Assembly: GCA_963842725.1 (NCBI GenBank)
Contig: CAWJHN010000001.1
Span: forward strand, 84,447-148,446
Length of the DNA: 64,000 nucleotides
Direction of reading: 5' to 3'
Origin: an uncultured Actinomycetes bacterium
GTDB taxonomy: Bacteria; Actinomycetota; Actinomycetes; S36-B12
The translations under genes and the position numbers were made by a program. The notes below the pieces were generated by a model. That model worked only from the letters and a program-made list of their open reading frames with translations, made no database searches and was not told where the DNA came from. Positions 48,765 to 56,928 of the stretch are shown one piece after another; the first letter of the stretch is position 1, and every line of letters starts with the position of its first letter.

Positions 48765-49644
48765 GTGTCCCGACGCGGCTGGATCCTCTTCGCGTCCCTG
48801 GGCATCATCTGGGGCCTGCCCTACCTGCTGATCAAGGTGGGCGTGACGTCGCCTGTCGACGCCCATGGTCGTGTTCGGGCGGCTTGCCGTGGCCGCTGCC
48901 GTGCTCGTGCCGATCGCGATGGCGACGCGGCAGTTCTCGCAGCTGCGCGGCCACTGGAGGTGGGTCCTCGCCTTCGCGCTGGTGGAGATGACGTTCACCT
49001 GGTGGGCCCTCACCTGGGCGGAGGAGCGCATCTCGAGCTCGACGGCCGGGCTCTTCATCGCCACCGTGCCGCTCGTGACCGCGCTGCTGGCCCGTCGATT
49101 CGGCCTCGACGACCGCCTGACCGGCACGCGCCTGGTGGGGCTGGGCATCGGCTTCGTGGGCGTCGGCGCCCTCGTCGGACTCGACGTGACGGGCGGCGAC
49201 CTGCTGGCCGTGGCCGCCCTCGTCGTCACCGTGGTCGGCTACTCGGTCGGCCCGATCATCGTCGACCGTCGGCTCTCCGACGTGCCCAGCCTGGCTGTCA
49301 TCGCCGCTTCGCTGACGATCAACGCGGTGATCTACGCGCCCTTCGCCTGGCTCACCCGGCCCACCGAGCCGGTCCCCGCGCAGGCGTGGCTCTCGGTGCT
49401 GCTGCTCGGCGTGCTGTGCACCGCGATCGCCTTCATCGTGTTCTTCGCGCTGATCGCCGAGGTGGGCCCGTCGCGGACGACCCTGATCACGTACGTCAAC
49501 CCCGCCGTCGCCGTGATCCTCGGGATCGTGGTCCTCGGCGAGCCGCTCACGCTCGGGCTGGCCATCGGCTTCCCGCTCGTGCTGCTCGGCTCCTGGCTCG
49601 CGACCCGCACGGCACCCGCGATCGAGTCCGAGCCGCACGCCTGA
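48765..49644 (+). pseudogene. EamA/DMT-family transporter, interrupted by a 1-nt frameshift as sequenced
   Basis: GTG at 48765 (VSRRGWILFASLGIIWGLPYLLIKVGVTS) is in the frame of ORF 48699. The remaining 9 TM are in ORF 48865..49644, in the +1 frame. The frame-2 stop at 48844-48846 confines the shift to 48847-48864. The span is 880 nt, which is 3n+1. Confidence 0.75.
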
Positions 49645-49660
49645 CCCCGGCGCCGGTTCG

Positions 49661-50835
49661 CTATGCGGCGCAGCCGGTCCGGGGGTACAGCGTCGCCAGC
49701 CCCTCGAGGTCGCCGCGCGTGAAGTGGTGCTGCCCGTAGTTGATCGGCCCCATGATCGCGGTGCGACTGTCGACGTGGTCGAGCCACAGCGTGTGCATGA
49801 CCTCGTGGATGATGAGCCAGCCGCGCCCGGCCGGGGAGCGGTACCGGTTGCCGAAGCCCGCGTACTTGTCGGTGACCCACCAGTCCTTGCGGTTGAGCGT
49901 CACGGTTCCGTCGGAGCTGCCGGTACCCGATGGCCCGTGGGCACCGAGGTCGTCCCATCCGATGTTGATGTCGGCCGCTCCCCCGTTGCCCCGGCTCTCG
50001 AGGTCGGCAGGCTCCGGACCCGGTGGGATCTGGTCGAACCTGAGGCCCGTGACCGTGGAGAGGCGCTTCATCGACGCCCTGATGTCCCTCTCGATCGTCC
50101 GGGCGCCCTTGGCGGCACCCCCGGCGTCGTAGCTCCACGTCACTCTCGAGCAGGGTGCGTAGGCGCCCTCGGGCGCCTGCCACATCGGAGCCCAGCCCTT
50201 GGCCACCACGAGCGGCGACGACATGGTCAGGCCGTTCTCGCCGGCGATCGTCACGGTGAACGTCGACGTGGCACGGACGCCCTTGGTGGGCACCCTGAGG
50301 CCGGGGGTGTCGCCGAAGTAGCCGCCGATCGTCGTGTCGGACCGATCGAACCGGTGGCGACCGTCCGGCCCTTCGCGTTGGCGACGGTCACGGTGGCCGG
50401 GGCACTCGTCCGGTTCTCCAGCTCGAGCTCGGTGCCGTGCAGGTTGCTGCCCCCCGCGTCCGCCGAGATGATCGTCGTGCCGAACCCGAAGGGCACCGTC
50501 GCCTCGAGCCGGACGTAGTCGCCGCCTCCGTCGCACAGGTCGACGGCGACCTCGCCTGCACCGCGCCCGCGGAGACCGGGATCGACCCAGACGAAGTCCC
50601 ACGGTGCCGCGGTGAGCGATGCATCGCCGAAGGTCATCCCGCAGACGGCGTCCGGGCCGTCGACCGTGACGGAGAACGGCGTCGATGCGGTGACGAACTC
50701 GGGCAGCCCGGTGACGACGTAGTCGTTGTACCACTCGTCGGCCGACGCGGCCGGCGCGGCGATGGTGAGCAGGGCGCCGGCCAGCACGGGTGCCAGCGCA
50801 GCCGACCACGGACGTGCTCTCATGATCCCCCGCAT
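49661..50835 (-). pseudogene. Secreted metzincin (matrixin/M10-like) metalloprotease with an N-terminal beta-rich domain, interrupted by a -1 frameshift as sequenced
   Basis: ATG at 50833-50835 with AAGGGGGAG upstream. The signal peptide (MRGIMRARPWSAALAPVLAGALLTIAAPAASA) and N-terminal domain are in the frame of ORF 50251..51321. The catalytic part is in ORF 49661..50809 (ADINIGWDD, HEVMHTLWLDH, Met-turn AIMGP). The junction is near 50335-50345. The span is 1175 nt, which is 3n+2. Confidence 0.75.
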
Positions 50836-50927
50836 GTCCGGCTCCCCCTTGTCCAGCTGATACCCATTACAGACGGGCAGTGGGGACGACGCCGCGCCGG
50901 GCCGGCTATCCAGAGGATCCAATTCGG

Positions 50928-52427
50928 CTACGTGACTGGTCGGGTGACCTCGCGTTCGGCCGCGAACAGCAGCGAGAAGAACCCGGTCAGCAGCCGGTCG
51001 CGCAACTCCACCGGCAGGGCCTCGATCAGGGCCTGGATGCCGGCCGACTCCTCCGGAAGACCGGGTGGACCGTCCCCGACGAGGCCGGCCAGACCGAGCA
51101 GCCCGGCCACCGTGGCGTCGTCGAGGGTGTCGACGTCGATCTCGGCTGCCGCTGCCACGAGTCCGGCGTCGGCACTGGCCCAGGGCAGGTCGCGGCACTC
51201 CTGCGCGGCGAGCGAGAGGTCGACGACGAACTCGTCCACCGTGCCCAGGGACGCCGGCTGCACCGTCAGGTGCGCCGTCCTGGGAAGCTCGCCGCAGGCC
51301 GGCTGCGGCTGGATGAACCACCGGCGCGCCCGCATGCGGTCCGCGAGCACGAAGGGATCAACGCCGCCGGCCGCCTCGTCACCGTCCGATGCCAGGGCGA
51401 TCAGGGTGCTGTCCGGCGACGCGACGACGCGCAGGCCGGGGATGTCCCGCACCGCGGCCACGATGCGGTCGGTCGCCTCGATCGAGCAGCGCACCGCCTC
51501 GCGCATGCCGTCGTCGCCGAGGACGTGGCTCACCGCCCACGCCGCAGCCATCGGCCCCGCCGACTTCGTGCTCTGCAGGGTGGTGTTGACGACCGGGTAG
51601 CCCGGCCAGTCGGAGTAGGCGAAGAAGGCGCCTTCGCGGTACGCGGGATCGTTGAACAGCAGCAGGGAGGCGCCCTTGGGGGCGAAGCCGTACTTGTGCA
51701 GGTCGGCCGAGATCGAGACGACCCCGGGCACCGACAGGTCGAAGTCGGGAAGCGGTCGTCCGAGCCTGCGCAGGTACGGCAGCACCAGGCCGCCGATGCA
51801 CGCATCGACATGGCAGGCGACTCCCCGTTCGGCGGCCGTGGCCGCGACCTCGACCACGGGGTCGATCACGCCGTGCGCGTACGACGGGGCGGAGACGACG
51901 ACGAGTGCGGCGGCCCGGCCCACCTCGTCGAGAGCTGCGACCATGTCCGCCACGCGCACGCGCATCGTCACCGGGTCGACGGGCACGAGGTGGAGCCGCA
52001 GGTCGAGCACGTGCGCCGCCTTGGCGAAGGCCGCGTGTGCCGTGACCGGCATGACGATGACCCCCTGGCCGGTGCCGCCGCCCCGCCGCCAGTTCGACCG
52101 GGCCGCGAGCACGGAGAGCATGCACGATTCGGTGCCGCCGCTCGTCACGAGGCCGCAGGACCCCGGACCGCCGCCCATCAGGTCCAGGCCCCACCCCACC
52201 AGGTCGTTCTCGATGCGGCCGACGCTCGGGAAGACGGTCGGGTCCAGGGCGTTCACCTCGCCGAAGGCCGACAGGGCCCGGCGCCCGGTCTCCGCGAGCC
52301 CCGGCACGCCCGCGTCGTAGACGTACGCGAGCACGCGTCCACCGTGCACGGGCGCATCGTCCGCACGCATGGCGTCCAGTGCGGCCAGGACCTCGTCGGG
52401 TGCTGTGCCGTGCCTCGGCAGGCTCAT
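50928..52427 (-). CDS. PLP-dependent enzyme of the sphingosine-1-phosphate-lyase / group II decarboxylase family
   Basis: ATG at 52425-52427 (MSLPRHGTAPDEVLAAL) overlaps the upstream MFS stop (ATGA). Contains GLVTSGGTESCMLSVLAAR and the PLP-lysine region SISADLHKYGFAPKGASLLLF...FFAYSDWPGY. 499 aa, with an approximately 90-aa acidic C-terminal extension. Confidence 0.75.
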   Translation of the reverse strand: MSLPRHGTAPDEVLAALDAMRADDAPVHGGRVLAYVYDAGVPGLAETGRRALSAFGEVNALDPTVFPSVGRIENDLVGWGLDLMGGGPGSCGLVTSGGTESCMLSVLAARSNWRRGGGTGQGVIVMPVTAHAAFAKAAHVLDLRLHLVPVDPVTMRVRVADMVAALDEVGRAAALVVVSAPSYAHGVIDPVVEVAATAAERGVACHVDACIGGLVLPYLRRLGRPLPDFDLSVPGVVSISADLHKYGFAPKGASLLLFNDPAYREGAFFAYSDWPGYPVVNTTLQSTKSAGPMAAAWAVSHVLGDDGMREAVRCSIEATDRIVAAVRDIPGLRVVASPDSTLIALASDGDEAAGGVDPFVLADRMRARRWFIQPQPACGELPRTAHLTVQPASLGTVDEFVVDLSLAAQECRDLPWASADAGLVAAAAEIDVDTLDDATVAGLLGLAGLVGDGPPGLPEESAGIQALIEALPVELRDRLLTGFFSLLFAAEREVTRPVT

Positions 52428-53767
52428 GGGGCGACCTCCTGGTCGATCGGGACGGTGTCGAGCTGGAATCGGCGGATCAGCGGAAGGCTCAGGGCGACCA
52501 GGACGGCTGGCAGCACGGTGAACGCCAGCAGCACACCCGTCTGCGCGGAGTCCGGCTGCGGCACCGCGCCCTCGGACGACGAGACGAAGCCGGTCAGCGC
52601 GAGCATCGTCAGCACGAGAGCCGGGCCGACGGCGAACCCGACCGTCTCGCCCGCGGTCCAGACGCCCGTGAACGCTCCGGCGCGCTGCCGCCCGCTTGCG
52701 GCGGCGTCGGCCGCGATGGCGTCCGGCAGCATGGCGAGCGGGAACATCTGCATCCCGGCGTAGCCGATTCCGCACAGGCCCACCAGGGCCAGGACGGCGG
52801 CGGTGGGCAGGGATCGCGCAGCGAGGAGAAGCAGCGCCGCCACCATGAATACGATCGACGACTGCAGGTACCCGGCGCGCTTGCCCCACCGGTGCCCGAT
52901 CCACGCCCAGCCCGGCATGACGACGAGCGCCGGCACGATGAGGGCCGCGAAGAGGACGTCGCTGAACGACTCCTGGCCCAGCACGTACGTCGCGAAGTAC
53001 TGGGCGCCGGCCAGCATGGCGGCGGTCGCGAACGCCTGGATCACGAATGCCCCGAGCAGCAGCCGGAAGGCGCGGGTGCGCCAGGCCACCTCGAACTGCT
53101 CGCGCAGCGAGTGCCCGTCGTGCCCCGACGTGTCGACCGGCACCGCGCGCGTCCTCCGCAGCGCCCACCAGCAGCCGATCATCCCGGCCGCGATGAGCGT
53201 GGCGACGCCTATCGCCATCAGCAGGTACCCGCCCGCGCCGCCGTTGCCCAGGTCGCGCAGGGCCGGCGCGCCGACGCCGAAGAGCAGGATGCCGAACGCC
53301 AGGAAGGCCACCCGCCACGACATCATGGTCGTGCGCTCCTCCACACTGTCGGTCATCTCCGCCGGCATCGCGATGTAGGGCACCTGGAAGACGGCGAACG
53401 CGGATGCCGCGAGGAGGAAGAAGACCAGTACCCACGCTGCCGATCCGGCGGGGCCGAGGACCGTGGGGGTCGCGAACATCAGGATGAAGACCAGGGGCAG
53501 CGACAGCCCTCCGACCAGGAGGAACGGGCGCCGCGAGCGCCGCCTCTGAGCCGAGCGGTCGCTGAGGGTTCCGACGATGGGCAGGAAGACCACGTCCCAC
53601 AGTTTCGGGACGAGGACGACGACCGCGGCGAGGGCGGCGGCCACGCCGAGGCTGTTCGTCAGGTAGTAGGCCAGGAGCAGCCCGGGCACCGTGCTGAAGC
53701 CCGCAGTTCCGACCGAGCCGAGCGCGTAGCCGAGGTAGGTTCGTCGTCCGAGGCGGTCATCGGTCAC
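52424..53767 (-). CDS. MFS_2 (GPH / MelB / Mfsd2-like) family transporter
   Basis: 447-aa ORF with 12 TM. The N-terminal GPH-type motif is KLWDVVFLPIVGTLSDRS...RRRPFLL. Confidence 0.75.
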   Translation of the reverse strand: MTDDRLGRRTYLGYALGSVGTAGFSTVPGLLLAYYLTNSLGVAAALAAVVVLVPKLWDVVFLPIVGTLSDRSAQRRRSRRPFLLVGGLSLPLVFILMFATPTVLGPAGSAAWVLVFFLLAASAFAVFQVPYIAMPAEMTDSVEERTTMMSWRVAFLAFGILLFGVGAPALRDLGNGGAGGYLLMAIGVATLIAAGMIGCWWALRRTRAVPVDTSGHDGHSLREQFEVAWRTRAFRLLLGAFVIQAFATAAMLAGAQYFATYVLGQESFSDVLFAALIVPALVVMPGWAWIGHRWGKRAGYLQSSIVFMVAALLLLAARSLPTAAVLALVGLCGIGYAGMQMFPLAMLPDAIAADAAASGRQRAGAFTGVWTAGETVGFAVGPALVLTMLALTGFVSSSEGAVPQPDSAQTGVLLAFTVLPAVLVALSLPLIRRFQLDTVPIDQEVAP

Positions 53768-53795
53768 GACCGGACGCTACCGGCGGAGGGGGCTC

Positions 53796-54518
53796 GTGGA
53801 CACCGGAACGGTCGCACTCATCGCCATCGCGGTGGCGGCCGGCGGACTCGTCCAGGGCCTCACCGGACTCGGCTTCGCCCTCGTGTCCGCTCCGGTGGTC
53901 GCCCAGCTCGTGACCGGCACCGGCGGCATCGGCCTGGTAAACGCCCTGTCGATCGTGCAGAACGTGTGGCTCATCGCGAGGACCGAGGGCCGCATCGCAT
54001 GGACGGAGATCCGGCGCATGCTGCCGGGGCTGGCGGTGGGCGTGCTGCTCGGCTGGCTCGTGCTGCAGACCAGCGATCCGACGATGTACGACGTCATCGT
54101 CGCCGCCTCCGCCTGTGGATCCGTCGTCTGGCTGCTCTTCGCGGGTCGGTTCACCGGTTGGGCAGCAGGCATCCTGTCGGCCGTGTGGGGCGGTGCCGTC
54201 AACACGATCGCGGCCGTCGGCGGTCCGCCCATCGCTGCCTACCTCGTCACGCGCGGCCTCGACTTCTCGTCGTACCTTCGGACGCTCCAGGTCGTGTTCG
54301 CGGTCCTCAGCCTCGTCAGCCTGCCGATGCTCGGCGTGACGGTGCCCTCGGTCGGCGCCGTGGTCGTCTGGCTGGCGGCGCTCATCGCCGGCTCGGCCGT
54401 GGGCGAGGTCCTGCGGCACCGATTCAGCGAGCGGACGACCCAGCGCGTGGGTCGCGGGGCGATCGTCGTGGTCTGCGTCGCGGCCCTGATCAGGTCCCTG
54501 GCCGCACTGCCGGGCTAG
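53796..54518 (+). CDS. TauE/SafE-family anion exporter membrane protein
   Basis: 240-aa ORF. AAGGLVQGLTGLGFALV is typical of TSUP/TauE, with about 7-8 TM. Confidence 0.75.
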   Translation: MDTGTVALIAIAVAAGGLVQGLTGLGFALVSAPVVAQLVTGTGGIGLVNALSIVQNVWLIARTEGRIAWTEIRRMLPGLAVGVLLGWLVLQTSDPTMYDVIVAASACGSVVWLLFAGRFTGWAAGILSAVWGGAVNTIAAVGGPPIAAYLVTRGLDFSSYLRTLQVVFAVLSLVSLPMLGVTVPSVGAVVVWLAALIAGSAVGEVLRHRFSERTTQRVGRGAIVVVCVAALIRSLAALPG

Positions 54519-54558
54519 CCGGCCGAACCGGATCGGGCCCGTCTAGGCCCGGACAGTG

Positions 54559-54585
54559 AAAAGAGGGCCGGGATCACCGGCCCTC
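54559..54585 (-). terminator. Rho-independent terminator of tRNA-Ala
   Basis: On the minus strand, GAGGGCCGG-UGAUC-CCGGCCCUC is followed by UUUU. It starts 7 nt after the tRNA CCA end. Confidence 0.8.
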
Positions 54586-54592
54586 ATCGTCG

Positions 54593-54668
54593 TGGTGGAG
54601 CTGAGGGGACTCGAACCCCTGACCCCCTCCATGCCATGGAGGTGCGCTACCAGCTGCGCTACAGCCCC
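54593..54668 (-). tRNA. tRNA-Ala (anticodon GGC), CCA encoded
   Basis: Reverse complement GGGGCTGTAGCGCAGCTGGTAGCGCACCTCCATGGCATGGAGGGGGTCAGGGGTTCGAGTCCCCTCAGCTCCACCA. It folds by hand into a cloverleaf with a 7-bp acceptor stem carrying the G3:U70 Ala identity pair, anticodon loop AUGGCAU, and T-loop TTCGAGT. Confidence 0.95.
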
Positions 54669-54698
54669 TTGCGGGAGTTGAACTATACAAGAGGCGCG

Positions 54699-55346
54699 TC
54701 AACGGTCGTCGGCGAGGGCGGTCACCGGCAGCGACCCCGCGTTGTACTCCTGCAGCCGCCACCCGGGCCCGACACCGCCCGTGTTCTCCTGCAGCACCGA
54801 CCACGCACAGTTCGTGAGCACGCCGAGCGCCGCCCAGTGCTCGGGAGGCAGGCCCAGCAGTGCTCCGATCCCGGCACGCGCCGCGCCGCCGTGCGTCGCG
54901 ACGACGAGTGTCTGCCCGGAGCCGAGCTCCGCCAGGGCCTCGTCGACGGCCGCAACCATGCGCTCCGCGACCTCGAGGCGCGTCTCGCCCCCGCCCGGGC
55001 GGATGTTCGCGCCCGACGACCAGTGCAGCATCTCGTTGCCGAACTGCGCCTCGATCTCGGTCCGCGTCATCCCCTGCCACACCCCGGCGAAGGTCTCCCG
55101 CAGTCGCTCGTCGGTGCGCACCTCAAGGCCCGTCACTGCCGCCAGCGCCGATGCCGTGGCGCGGGCTCGTGACAGATCGGACGACACCAGGATGCTGGGA
55201 TCGAGCCGGGACAAGGTGGCGGCGGCGTGCTCGGCCTGCCGCAGCCCGATCTCGTCGAGATCGATGTCGGTCTGGCCCTGGAAGCGCTGCTCGGCGTTCC
55301 AGGTCGTCCGCCCGTGCCGCCAGAAGACGACTCTGCGCGGGATCAC
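54699..55346 (-). CDS. Histidine phosphatase (phosphoglycerate-mutase-like) family protein
   Basis: 215-aa ORF whose GTG start overlaps the rsfS stop (GTGA). Catalytic RHG motif in VVFWRHGRTTWN, and HGG later. Its position after rsfS matches the actinobacterial gpgP-like gene. Confidence 0.85.
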   Translation of the reverse strand: MIPRRVVFWRHGRTTWNAEQRFQGQTDIDLDEIGLRQAEHAAATLSRLDPSILVSSDLSRARATASALAAVTGLEVRTDERLRETFAGVWQGMTRTEIEAQFGNEMLHWSSGANIRPGGGETRLEVAERMVAAVDEALAELGSGQTLVVATHGGAARAGIGALLGLPPEHWAALGVLTNCAWSVLQENTGGVGPGWRLQEYNAGSLPVTALADDR

Positions 55347-55822
55347 TCATCGAACCCGTCGACGTCGCGCATCCCGGCGGAGGCACGCAGGACCGCATCT
55401 CCCTCGGGCGTGCGGCGACGGCCCTGGTTGACGGCCTCGGGGAGCTTGATGAACGGGCAGTCCTTCCAGAGCCGCTCGATCGCGTAGTGGATGCGCTCCT
55501 CGGCGAGCTGGACGTGCACGACGATGTCGCCGAAGTCCAGCAGCACCCAGCGGCCCTCTGCCTCTCCCTCGCGACGCAGCGGCTTCGACCCCATCCCGTG
55601 CAGCCGCTCCTCGACGCCGTCCACCACCGCCTTGACCTGGCGCTCGTTGGCCGCCGAGCACAGCAGGAAGACGTCGGTGATGACCAGCTTCTCGCTCACG
55701 TCGATCGCGACGATGTCCTCCGCCAGCTTGTCGGACGCCGCCTCGGCGGCGGCGATGGCGGCGGCAATGGCTTCGGGGCTGGCGGTCACGAGGACGTCCT
55801 TCGGGTCGATGATGCGTCGCAC
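55343..55822 (-). CDS. rsfS: Ribosome silencing factor RsfS
   Basis: 159-aa ORF. KLAEDIVAIDVSEKLVITDVFLLCSAANERQVKA...WVLLDFGDIVVHV. Confidence 0.85.
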   Translation of the reverse strand: MRRIIDPKDVLVTASPEAIAAAIAAAEAASDKLAEDIVAIDVSEKLVITDVFLLCSAANERQVKAVVDGVEERLHGMGSKPLRREGEAEGRWVLLDFGDIVVHVQLAEERIHYAIERLWKDCPFIKLPEAVNQGRRRTPEGDAVLRASAGMRDVDGFDE

Positions 55823-55829
55823 AACCCTC

Positions 55830-56912
55830 TCACACGGGCGCGAAGTCCCGGCCGAGCACGACGCGGACGTCGACCGTTCCGCTCGGGTCGTCGTCGACCT
55901 GGACGGCGGCCGGCCCGAGGCCGAGCGCGGCGGCGGCGTCCCGCCCGGCGGCCATCGACGCCTCGGAGTCGTCCGGGACCAGCACGGCGCTCCCGTCCCT
56001 GGCCGGCGGGGGCCGTCCGTCGACGATCACGCCGAATCCGGCGTCCGACAGCCCCAGGCGGGCCTCGACCAAGGCTCCCAGGGTCGCGCCCGCCCGCTGC
56101 ACCACGACGCGGCGGGTGCCGCTGTGGCCGGGCTGCAGCCGGGCCTTCGGGAACAGTTCGGCGACCACCACCTCCGCCTCCGGCTGCCGCACGAGCGCCG
56201 CCCGTTCGGGACCGGCTCGCACGTACGTGACCGGCAGCACCTCGCGGCGTACGTCCTCGGTCCGCAGCCGCTCGCCCAGGACGGCGAGCAGGTGGCTGGC
56301 GTCCTCGTTCGGCACGGTCGTCCGCGCCATCGACCCCAGGCCGGTGAGCAGCTGGCCGAGGGTGTCCTCGTCGTCGGGGAGCCGACTGAGGACCCGGTCG
56401 AGGATGAGCGGGAACGAGCCGGGACTCTCGGCCTGGTCCACGTCGACCCGCGCGCCGGTGGCATCGATGAGTCCGGCCCAGGCGAGCCGGTCCAGCTCGA
56501 CCGTCGCGTCGACCTGCACGGCGAGCAGCACCTGCAGCGGATCCTCGGCCTGCACGGTGCCCAGCAGTCCCTCGACGTCCTGCAATCGCACCGGCGGGAC
56601 GGTGGGCAGCAGCAGGTACCGGGGCAGCATGAGCTCGCCGACGAAGCCCGTGTCGCCGCCCACGGCGATCAGGGCGTTGCTCATGGCCTGGCCCGCCTCG
56701 TCTCGGACCGTGAACAGGATCGTCACCTGGCGCTGCTTCTCGACGGGCAGCAGGTCCGGGGCGGGCACGAAGATCGTCGCGTCGGACGCGTCCGCGGTCT
56801 CGACCCGGTCGCGTGCGAGCAGCACGCCCGCGATCGCCGATGCCCCGATCACCACGGCTGCCACGAGCGCCATGAGGCGCCAGGGGAAGGCGGTGGTGGT
56901 GTCGTCCGTCAC
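55830..56912 (-). CDS. Membrane-anchored protein with a C-terminal LytR_C-like domain
   Basis: GTG at 56910-56912 (VTDDTTTAFPWRLMALVAAVVIGASAIAGVLL). The C-terminus RRVVVQRAGATLGALVEARLGLSDAGFGV...VDVRVVLGRDF resembles LytR_C. Confidence 0.55.
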   Translation of the reverse strand: MTDDTTTAFPWRLMALVAAVVIGASAIAGVLLARDRVETADASDATIFVPAPDLLPVEKQRQVTILFTVRDEAGQAMSNALIAVGGDTGFVGELMLPRYLLLPTVPPVRLQDVEGLLGTVQAEDPLQVLLAVQVDATVELDRLAWAGLIDATGARVDVDQAESPGSFPLILDRVLSRLPDDEDTLGQLLTGLGSMARTTVPNEDASHLLAVLGERLRTEDVRREVLPVTYVRAGPERAALVRQPEAEVVVAELFPKARLQPGHSGTRRVVVQRAGATLGALVEARLGLSDAGFGVIVDGRPPPARDGSAVLVPDDSEASMAAGRDAAAALGLGPAAVQVDDDPSGTVDVRVVLGRDFAPV

Positions 56913-56928
56913 GGTCGATCGACCGCGG

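Noticed and set aside
42700-50350. Programmed ribosomal frameshifting as an explanation for the four broken genes.
   Set aside because: I saw no slippery heptamer or downstream pseudoknot at any site. The shifts are in both directions (+1 three times, -1 once) and fall in unrelated genes. Simple indel errors explain all four more economically.
48700-54668. A possible genomic island integrated at the 3' end of tRNA-Ala. The accessory-looking genes between leuS and the tRNA are EamA, the metzincin, the MFS_2/SPL-like pair and TauE.
   Set aside because: By eye I found no integrase, recombinase or transposase, no direct repeat of the tRNA 3' end, and a GC content that looks native. I treat this as a variable chromosomal neighbourhood, not a demonstrable mobile island.
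54682-54710. A putative tRNA-Ala promoter: TATAGT (-10-like, minus strand) 13 nt upstream of the mature 5' end, with TTGACG nearby.
   Set aside because: The TTGACG is only 9 nt from the -10-like hexamer, which is the wrong spacing for a -35 element. The -10 alone is plausible but unsupported, so I did not list it as a feature.
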